A stretch of 64,000 nucleotides of DNA from Phoronis australis (lineage: Eukaryota > Animalia > Phoronida). The notes below the pieces were generated by a model. The model made no database searches. It saw only the letters and a program-made list of their open reading frames with translations, and was not told the origin of the DNA. The stretch is from contig NMRA01000148.1 of assembly GCA_002633005.1 (NCBI GenBank), positions 682,001 to 746,000 of the forward strand, written 5' to 3'. The translations under genes and the position numbers were made by a program. Of the stretch, positions 25,249 through 35,500 are shown piece by piece (position 1 is the stretch's first letter; every line of letters begins with the position of its first letter).

Positions 25249-25918
25249 CCCATACGAAAATATTCAATAGCATCATATAGGATACTATAGGAATTCCTAT
25301 AGCATCCTATAGGATCCTATTGGATTCCTATAGGATCAAGATTTCCTATAGGAATTCCTGTAGGAATTCCAAAAGGAATATCGATTTCCAGTAGCATTCC
25401 TGTAGAATCACGATATCCCGTCCTATAGGAATTCCTATAGAAAAAATCCTAAAGTAAACTTTTCACAAATCTGATTTCTAAACATTTTAACAAACAAATA
25501 GCCTAAGAGTATATAGTAAAATATCGGTTTGTTTTAATCTAATTTCAGCTCTTCTGAGTCATTATTTTTTAAATTTTAATATTCAGGCGAGTCTTAATAC
25601 ATGTATGTTAATTGCTTCGTAGAATCCTATTGAACTTCCTATAGAATCCTATCAACTGCCTACTGGATATATTAAAGTCTTATACGAATTCCTATAGGGT
25701 TTCTTATAGGATATCCTAAAGGATTTCTATAGGATTTCCTATTGGATGCTTTAGGAAATCTTACAGGATCCTATTGGATTTCTTATAGGATTCAATAGGA
25801 AATCCTACAGGATCCAATAGGAAATTCTATAGGATTCCTATAGGAAATCTTATAGGAATTCCTATAGCATTTCCCACAGGAATCGAATAGGAAATCCTAT
25901 TGAAATTTTTCGTAAGGG
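25249..25918. mobile_element. MITE with CCC...GGG termini and subterminal arrays of palindromic CCTATAGG/GAATTC motifs
   Basis: cccatacgaaaatattcaatag ... ctattgaaatttttcgtaaggg. Many ttcctatagga units at both ends surround an AT-rich core. Confidence 0.75.
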
Positions 25919-26630
25919 TTAACTCGCGGTTATCCCGCGCTTGCCTCACTGCCGGGCCGGGGCCTAACCTGCGGGGCAGTAGCCGTCTCTAGTCATTACA
26001 AGCCTTCTTCGTAAGAGTGGCCATCCTGTATCCTTAAAAGTTTATACTTTAATGTAATTGAAAGCATTTCTATATCCATTGTTTTAGCCTAAGCTGCTAA
26101 ACCAGCGTCGGAAGTGACTCTTTTCAGCCCACTCTATGATAAACAAATTGGTCAGGCTCCGCAGTCCCTCAGTATTTCGGCGGATGGGAAGTGATTTCTG
26201 GATTTGCAAAGAAATGAGGCTGCAGTCCATGTTGAGGCGCATACCTGTAGAATCAGTTTGGCATCCCATATAAGATGACGATTGGCCGTCAGTAAAAAAT
26301 ATAGTGCCGGACCAATTTATTCCGCGGTCACTAGAAAAAGCCCTCTGGCCCTACTAAACACGCCATGCACCCATGCATGAGCATATGCTCATGGGTGCAT
26401 GGCGCGGCTAGATGGCGAAATTACGTACTGCTGTAATGCCCGGCAACTGAATGAGTATAGTTAGGTCCCTACCGTATAAAATTGAGTTGATTTCAAATTC
26501 TGAAGGTGATTTCACGGCTTCGAAAGAAGTGACCATAAATTAGTTGCGACTACGATGCATGTGTTCCGTAGACGCGACAGTCGCGAATGCATAATCACAC
26601 GACGGAGACTTCGCGAGTGCAAGCTAAGCA

Positions 26631-27512
26631 CAGTGGCGGATCTAGGATATCACAAGGGGGTTCGGCTGGAAGCATTTGCGCAAATTGAACCACGATTGTA
26701 GATGCGCATAGCACCGAATGGGGGTTTGCCTCCCTCCCGCCCAGGAAATTTTTCTGTTTTTACCTCTAAAAATCAAGCATTTTCCTTGATTCCTGAAGTA
26801 TTATCCAAGAAAAAAAGGCAAAAAAAAAAAACACGGAGAACATGTCAAACAGGAAAATAATGCAAGTATACTTACTTGTTTATGGGCCACAGCGTTTGCG
26901 CGCGAAACCTACTTCTTTTTGTAATGCTTATTACACGTTTTATATTTTGTGCCATCAATTCTTAACAAATTTGTCGTATTTGAAATAGTGTTCAAATGCC
27001 CAAAAGACCAAATTCATTTTTCATGTTGGCAATAATGACGGGATTGCTTTGGAAACCGTCTTAAGATAAGGTTTGACAAAGAGAGTATTGCGAGTTTCTG
27101 AGTGATTCACTAAGGCTTTGATTAAAATTCACATCTTACCAGCAGCTTCTGTTTTTTCATCGTCACTCAGGTTCCATTTTCTTTAAAAAATGAAGTAAAT
27201 TTTCTTCATTGCACAGTGGAGCAGACGACGGAAACGGAGTCGTAGTGCACAGCGCCACTGCCGGTCGCCTAGGATATCGCGGGAGATTCTATACGTAGCC
27301 ATAGTTCCGTTATGAACGCGCCGTGTTCCGAATTTGACACTTGAAATTGGATTTGAGCCCCCCCCAAACACTAAAACTGCACACATTTTAATTACCGGAG
27401 TTAATTAATAAACTCACCATTTCCCTACGCTCTTACTGTTTTATTTTTTTTTCGGCAGCCAAGGGGGGGGGGGGGGGCCCGGGCCCCCTGGGCCCCCCTA
27501 AATCCGCCTATG
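26631..27512. mobile_element. CAGTGGCGGATCTAGG-type MITE, long copy
   Basis: Termini cagtggcggatctagg ... cctaaatccgcctatg, with direct repeat TAAGCA on both flanks (26625-26630 and 27513-27518). Confidence 0.75.
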
Positions 27513-27540
27513 TAAGCACGTTAGATTTCGTAGTAATTAC

Positions 27541-27700
27541 CAGTGCTGTAGTGGTAAAATTAGAGGTAAGTAGGCGCCCAAAGCCAACCGTATCACCTTG
27601 AGCACTGAACATAACTTACGGTGCGTAGGCGCTACGTTCAAATCAGTGTCAAATGGTGGTTGGCTGCGCCTACGTGCGCCTACGCCCCACTACAGCACTG
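27541..27700. mobile_element. 160-bp hAT-type MITE
   Basis: Perfect 14-bp TIR CAGTGCTGTAGTGG/CCACTACAGCACTG and perfect 8-bp target-site duplication GTAATTAC (27533-27540 and 27701-27708). Confidence 0.88.
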
Positions 27701-28158
27701 GTAATTACCTATACGTAATGCAAATGACTTTACGGGAAACCCGGTATTTTTGCACGGTGCGTTGCCTAAAGCCTTCCAATAAACGCTGGGGAATTATGAA
27801 TTTCAGTTTATGCTCCACGCACAGAGCCCGGGAGTAGAGTTCAGTAACGCTAGGACCTTGATTACGCGAGGCTTTGTAGTGTGTTTTGAATGAGACGTAA
27901 CAGCACGTGATTTTGGCCAGATTGAATTCAACTGATGTGATTTTTTAGTTTAATTTATATTTTTAGTGGTGCGTCACCACCTAAAATGGCCTCCGACAGC
28001 TAGTGTCTCAGTCATACGCATAAGATTGTCAACACTTTACAGCTCAACATATTATAAAACTTTTGTATTTATCGATATCTCTAGTAGTAATGTTTAGTTT
28101 GTCGTAAAATATATGACCTTTTATCTCACCCTCACGTGTTGTTTTACTGTAAATTAGC

Positions 28159-28438
28159 CAGTGGCGGATCTAGGATACCATAAGGGGGGGCGACATGTTG
28201 TCTCGGGGAACCGGGCAAAGTGCGAAGATCGTATGTGCAGCAGGCCCGAAGTTGCGGGAGCCGGGTATGTGAACCGTCTTCGGAAAATCTATCGGTGGAC
28301 GAAAAAAAAAAAATGGGGCGCCCCTTTCTCCGCGTCCTAGTTGCTTACTCAATATTTCCTCGCGCTTCACGCTCTTGCTGTTCCATTTTTGCTTGCGGCA
28401 GCCAAGGGGGGGGGGCTGTCCCCCTAAATCCGCCTATG
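28159..28438. mobile_element. CAGTGGCGGATCTAGG-type MITE, short copy
   Basis: Same termini as 26631-27512. Flanks are AAATTAGC and TAATTAGC (7/8 match). Confidence 0.75.
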
Positions 28439-29626
28439 TAATTAGCTTCGGTAGGGTATATCACTTCGCAGTTAGCGCACATATGTATGCGTGTGTGTGT
28501 GTGCGTGCGTGCGTGCGGGTGTATATACTAGCTTGGTGCCCACTCAACTGCCGCCATAGCTGGTAATGAGGTTTCCACGGAAACTCCGCCCAGTTAATAC
28601 AAATAAATGAGTGAGTGTAGAGTAGATGAGGGCGAAGCCCTCGGACAGCTTCGCAAGATCGTTGGATCTCGCCTTCTGTCCTTGCTGTGGTTGGTGTGGA
28701 CGTGGATCAAGGGCAGGACCTGGTAGGCTGGTGGTGGTAGAGGTGGTGTTCTTCATCTTCTTCTTCTGGAGACGAGACGCTGGCTGGATGGCAACAGCGT
28801 TATTGACATCTTAGGTGTGAAGCTGGCTTGATGGCAACAGCTTAGAGTTTGATTCGCATGAAGCCGGCTTATTGGCAACAGCTCAGTGTCATGCTGCTGA
28901 CTGGTTGTCTTTATACTGCCCCGTCGGGACAGTTATTTTACCCCGGTTGTCTTTATATTGCCCCGACGCCCCTTCGAAACAGTTACCAGTAGCGCAGGGT
29001 CAGAACCCTTAGTGCTCCGGTAGAAGGTTGTCACGAAAGTTCGGTTGTCTTTATACTTCCCCGTCGGGACAGTTTTTACCAGTTGAGCAGGGCCAGAACC
29101 CTTAAGTGCTCCTGGAATAGGCTTGTCACGGAAATGCGGCTTAGTGTGGCTTCGACTTCAGCCAGTCGGAGACAGTCTGCATTCCGGCGAGCTCGTGTAA
29201 TATGTCAGTTCGAAAATATCTGGGCTGTCCGAGAGCGATTCTCAGCGCTCAGTTTTGTACTCTTTGTAGTCTTTCGATTGTGGAAGGAGCACTGGTTGAA
29301 ATATCGATCGCGTCATATTCGAATAGGGGTCTGATGATTATTTTGTAGATCAGAGTAGGCAGTCGCTCCTAGCGCCCCACCCTGTGCCCTTTAATCGATA
29401 CATAAGCTTCACTCTGGTTGTTGCACGGTCACACACGCGTGCGACGTGGGGTTGTTTGATCAAGGGTTACCCCTAGCAGAGTGGCCTCTGCTCAGTGTTT
29501 GGTGTGAGCCTGACACCAAACAGTGAAAGACTAAACGGTCGCAGTTTGCGTTTGCGGTGAAACAGGATGACCTGTGATTTTGCGGCATTGAGTTTGATGC
29601 GCCAGATGGAGCACCAGTCCAAACAA

Positions 29627-30785
29627 ATAAATGATATTTCACTCGTTAAATATATTTATGTGAGAATATGGACTCGTCCCACTTATACCCCCATCTTACG
29701 GACTGGTCCATTAATCCCTTGTGTAGATCCGCATGCGGTTCTTTTGCACTCGAGGCACTAGAACATTCCATTTCCAGCCTCACTATTGGTTCGTTTGTGT
29801 TACTGCCATGAGTTTGGTCAGCACCTGGCTCCCATAGGCTGATGATTGTCACGTGTCATAGGGATTCTTTGTTCTCAGTAAAGTTATATTTCCTGCCATC
29901 AGTTCGCTATAGCAGCACTTAGGTTCGAGTCTAATTTCTCTGTATATGTATGCGAATCTACACAATACCTCCTTTTTCCTCCCTTGTTCTTTTGGTGTGT
30001 CCCTGTGGATGGTCATCATGAGCTGTCTTCAACATCTCTCGTGGCGCTTTTTATTGCCCATCTTTCCAGAGATTATTATTTTACCTTTGTGTTATTTGTA
30101 CACTTAGTATTTCTGTACCTTATCAGTCATAATAAATAACCTTATATCTCCTATACACGGTCTCCTTTGTATCTCTGGAAAAGACGCTTGCGACGCACCT
30201 ATTATTTTCGGGACATATTTCGATCATAAATGATATTTCACTCGTTAAATATATTTATGTGAGAATATGGACTCGTCCCACTTATACCCCCATCTTTCGG
30301 ATTGGACCAATAATCCCTTGTGTAGATTCGCATGCGGTCCTTCTGCACTCAAGGCACCAGGGCATTCCATTTCCAGCCTCACTGTTGGTTTGTTTGTGTT
30401 ACTGCTACCAGTTTGGTCAGCTCCTGGCTCCCATAGGCTGATGATTGTCACGTGTCATAGGGCTCCTTTGTTCTCATTAAAGTTATGTTTCCTGCCATCA
30501 GTACTTCGCTTCAGCAGCACTTAGGTTCGAGTCTAATTTCTCTTCAATTTTTCCCACCCTCTACCACCCTCTCCTTTCGGTGGTTCCTCTTACCAGTGCT
30601 GGCGCTTTTTAGTATTGCCTAACTTTCCAGAGATTATTATTTTATCTTTATGTTTTTTGTACACTCATATTTCTGTACCTTATCAGTCATAATAAATGAC
30701 CTTATATCGCCTATACACGGTCTCCTTTGTATCTCTGGAAACGGAGCTTGCGGCGCACCTATATTTTCGGGACATATTTCGAACA
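29627..30785. repeat. Tandem duplication, two copies of a ~560-600 bp unit
   Basis: ataaatgatatttcactcgttaaatatatttatgtgagaatatggactcgtcccac starts at 29627 and at 30226. Both copies end ...ttttcgggacatatttcga. Confidence 0.9.
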
Positions 30786-31653
30786 TAAACTGAGTATTGT
30801 AAAATAAGGCAAACATAAACTGCGGTCAACTAAATGCGAGTCATTGGCGACTAGCGAAGCTTAATGCCAGTGTTTCAGTGCCGAATTGGTGAATATATAA
30901 AGGAAAGTGGAGAACGCCATGATGGATGTCACAAAATACCGCCGACTAAGGCCAACTCATACGTCCCTCCTTGCCATAGGCCCTGATGACACCATAAACA
31001 CATATTCTGCAAAATATTCCCGGACCCCCTTGTTCACTAGAATTCAACAAGATTTTTGTTGGAAAATTGGGAAAACTTCGAATAATAAATGTCAAAAATC
31101 TCACAAACTAAAATTTTCAAAACTTGAAAACGAAAATTTTGATCAGAACTTCATAGTTTTCAGAAAACTTAAGTTTTCCATACATGAAAAACTTAAGTTT
31201 TTTGAGAAACTTAAGAAGTCAGGAAAACTTAATTCACTGTTTCTTTTCAGCAAGCCTCTGCTAGACTGATTATCATCTCAGTACCGGGGAATAAGCGAAC
31301 TTCCTCGCTGCTTGAGTTTCGCGAGTGTCTTCCGTTTACGGGAAATCGTTCCACCTGTGACGTTTTTCGTAGTGCGCAAAGCGCTACCTGTGTGTTGTTT
31401 TCTCTTGGTGGTCATGCGCATTGAGCATATTCCCCCGAAGCCAGCTTTCCGGTAGGCCTACCGGTTGTCCGAGTTTGGGAACAAGAACCAAATATAAGCA
31501 AAATCTTGAGGTAGTATTAAGCATTATTGATGTTGTTTTGAATGCAGAATCCCGTGGTTAAATTAGATTGCCACAAAATAAGGAATCATGCGCATTTTCA
31601 CAGACTACGGTTGCTGCCACTGGCAGTGCGCAGTGACCTGAGTGACCAGAACT

Positions 31654-32198
31654 CAGAAGCGTGTTCAACAGAGTGAACGCCCGCTAGCGTGTACTCGCGA
31701 ACACAAGGAACAGCTCCTGAACAGCTGTGAGTGCTCACTGTGCGATCCAGTATGGCGACTCTGAAGCATATCTGCTTCTGTGTTGAACGGTTTAGCCGAT
31801 GAGCTTAACACTAACAGTCCTTCCTATGGCGTACTGAGCGACTGACTATGATTAATCTTTGCCAATATTAATATCAGCAGCCCAAGACAACAACCGTGAA
31901 GGCTTTGGAACGACAAGAATCGAAAATTACGTCGAGGAAACTGTTCCTTGCTACAGCGACCCGCAATTTAAGTCGCACTTTCGGATGAGTCGGTCAACTT
32001 TTGAGGTTAGTTTTCGTGTTGCAGAACCATAATGGGTTCATATGTTGCAGACATGAAGCCTTCGCGGCAGGACGCCATCTTGGAAATCTAAGCGAACATG
32101 CTCTCGAGGTTGTTTGCGAGCGCTAACGTAAACACAGCTGTTCAGGACGAAGGCGCTCAAATCGCTCGTGGGCGCTCACTCTATTGAACACGCTTCTG
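31654..32198 (+). mobile_element. PIF/Harbinger internal-deletion derivative
   Basis: ~30-bp TIRs cagaagcgtgttcaacagagtgaacgccc / gggcgctcactctattgaacacgcttctg. An internal frame at ~31916-32005 reads RIENYVEETVPCYSDPQFKSHFRMSRSTFE, the N-terminal F..HFRMSR..FE motif of Harbinger transposases, and is followed by a GT donor. Confidence 0.8.
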
Positions 32199-32567
32199 GT
32201 GCCAGTGGAAGTGAACGAAGTCAACAAATTGTCTAACAGCACTCGCACTGCCACTTGCACTGCCTGGACTTCGATTATAGCCTGGAAACAGAATGAAAAG
32301 TTGAACATATATTGTTTTTCTCAAGGAACAGTACTTTTAATGGCATTGATTAATTTTGTGTCTCATTTTATTTCACCAGTTTTTACACACACCATGCAAA
32401 TTACAAAGCTGTATAGTTATACAGTTTTGTACCAGTGATAGTCATTACATCGCCTGTGAATGCCATAAGCATACATGGCCTGTAGGTGCTGTACATTATG
32501 CCTTTTACTTTGAATTTGGCTTTTTCATATTTCTGGTAAGCTTTCTACCTCATTTTACACAGAAGAA

Positions 32568-35500
32568 ATGTCTGCTGAAGCAAAACCAAAAAAGACAAGG
32601 AGGCCATTGCGCCATGAAACAACATCATCTAAGACAGAAGGCAGCGATACAAAACGTGTCAAAGTAGACAAAAATGCTCCGCCAATTCAGGTAAGTTTAG
32701 ACAAGGGTAACTATGCAACGCTCGACACTTGTCGCCAAAGGCGACTTGGCGAAAATGCCTGGTTGGCAAACGAAATCTGAGGTCGCCGAAAACTGAAATC
32801 CCAGGTCGCCAAATGAAATCTGAGATCGCCAAAAACTAAAAATCCCAAGTCGCCGAATGAAATCATCGACTAAAAAAAAGGGTCGTGCTGTACTAGTCCA
32901 TTCTCAGAAGTTTACGTGTCCTCTTCAATTTCTCCCCACAAATGTGCATTTGTATACGCCTTCCCTAACTCAATTCTTCCTTCCAACGACGAACACAAAA
33001 TGCAGACGATCGTACTGGAGGTGCTTGTTTCACCAATCTTGTCTTCATTTGCCGAACAATTCCGACTTCTGTCTGTTTACTTCCTGTTGTAATTTGAGCA
33101 CGTGTTAGATGTTTGCTGATCGCTGTGTGGCAAATGCACTGATTTCACAAACAAACAGAACAATTGTTAACCAAAGGTTCTAAATCTAGGAGAACTGTTA
33201 GTTAAAGTTTGGAAGTCAACACAAACTAAAATAAATTTTGGGGGAATTATTGTCTGATTTTAATACTGGCAGTGGCGACTTCGTGGCGAGTTGGGATTTT
33301 TCCTAGCTTGCCAAACACAATCTACAGGACGCCAAGTCAAGCACTGCTATGTATGTTTACATGGCCTTACATTTATGTCAAATGTTTTCAAAACATTGCT
33401 GGATTTGGTAGATGTATCCTGGCTGTTAAAGCTGAATGAAGGTCTAGAATGTTCTTCATTGCGATGTTGGAATGAGTCAATCTACTGGAACTTCTGTAAT
33501 TTGAGTAGATTTGTGACGTGTTACACCATAAAGCTGTTTGCAACGATGTCATTTAGTGCTTTGTGTATTCCCACAGATGAATGTCTCTACCAAGCCGTCT
33601 CCAAATGAAATTAATACCCAGGACTCTTAAATGTGGCATTTTGTACAAGCCAAAAGTATTCAGACAAAATTATACAGAATTCCCTGTCATGACGGCTGAA
33701 CAGACAGAGTAGTCTTCTATTAAGAATGACAAGGAATTAACAGGCCAGTCAGTAAGGTGGCTGAGCCATTCTGTAAATAGAATTTTGCCACCACAGTACT
33801 TATCACCAGTAATTTTTGCTGTTTACAGAATTAGCCGTCATGGCTGCAAACAGTATTTCGTATGATTTCTTTTGTCCTGTACTGTAGAATAGTTCAAGCT
33901 ATGTAACATTGAATTAAAAAGTTACTCAACAGCTCTACTGTAGGCTACATTCTTCCCATTGCTACATGCAGTAGCACTGTGAAAGAGTGATGATTTTGAC
34001 TTTTAGTTGGTTGGGTGGTTACACTCAGACATGTCTCTCTGTGACTTAAAATTGCAACAATAAATGACTAACACTAATTCGTGTTCTGTTCATGATTTGC
34101 ATGCGCTCTCACCATGAAAAAGAAATTAAAATTCAAATTATCATGTTATTGCCTTTAGGAGAGACCTCTGTTCTATGCTGAAGAAGATTCAATCTCGGAG
34201 CAAGATTTAGGAACTGACGAGAAGGTTCACAAAATGGCTTGTGAAGAAATCCGCAAGTGCATGGATGATATCAAAAGTCTGAAGGAGTCTGGAGATCCTA
34301 CAGCTGTATGTACATCGAACTCTCTACTAAAACCTACCCATTCTCCTATCCTGTCGATTTCTCAAACAAAAACATGTGCTCTGGCATAGCTTTCCAAGCT
34401 CTTTGTTCGATACCTTTCTGTGGGTCGCGTGAGTTTGAATTGGAGCCTGGCTGTGGTCGTATTTTCAGAATGCTTCGCTATGGCAGAGCTATGAGTTACT
34501 GGTTTAATCATGATTGTCTTTCTATAATAAGATGTGACTGAAAGTTTGCAAATTTTTGCTCGTGCATCGTCTGCATTGGAATTTACATCCTGAGATTGAC
34601 TTTTAGAAATTCCCAGTAATAGTAATATTTTTAATGTTCTGTCAACAATACTGGGCAAGTTTGTGTGTCTATACTGGGCAAGTTTGTGTGCCTATAAAAA
34701 GCAATACTTAGATAAAATTTTATGCATATCATACTACTTTAATGTTAATTTTAGGATTATTCCTCAATAAAATGAAAAATATGGGCCTACTCGCCATTAT
34801 CAACATTCTCTATATCTTCTACTTCAGGCTGCAGAAATTGCTGAAAACAGAATTCATGGCTCCCTCCAGTTTCTCACCTTGAAGCGTCTTAACCGCATTG
34901 CCCACCTGAGGTGCAAGAAAGTTCGAGATGAGACGAGCGAGGCAAAGGGAAACATCGACAAGTACCACCTTCAACTGCAGAACTTGTTGTATGAAGTGAT
35001 GCACTTGCAGAAGGAGATTACCAAGTGCTTGGAGTTCAAGTATGTTGTCAGGGCCCTGGCTCACCTGAGGGGGGAAAGTGCACTAACCGTCTTGTGCCTT
35101 CTGAGAGATCAATTTTTTGGTTGAGGGGGAACTTCCCCCCTCGCCCTGGTCACCACCAATTCCTCCCTCTCCTTGGTCACCAATTCCTCCGTCCCCCTGA
35201 TCACCACCAGTTCCCCCCACCCCCTGGTCACCACCAATTCCTCCACCCCCAGTCGCCACCCTTTATATCAATAGTGCCTCAAGTAGCCAAAACTAATATT
35301 TTGCAGAAGTGATTCTAACCTTGAGGGGAATTTTATTAATCATTGGAGGCAGACTTTTAGGTTTGATTGGGGGAATTTGCCTGATTTTAAAATATTTTTC
35401 ATAGGGTAATGAGGCCGATGTTCAGGGCACTGAGAGCCCTGGTTGTACACCGGGTGTCTGAGTTTTTTGTGTTCACTATGGGATTTGCAGTGTGTTGCAT

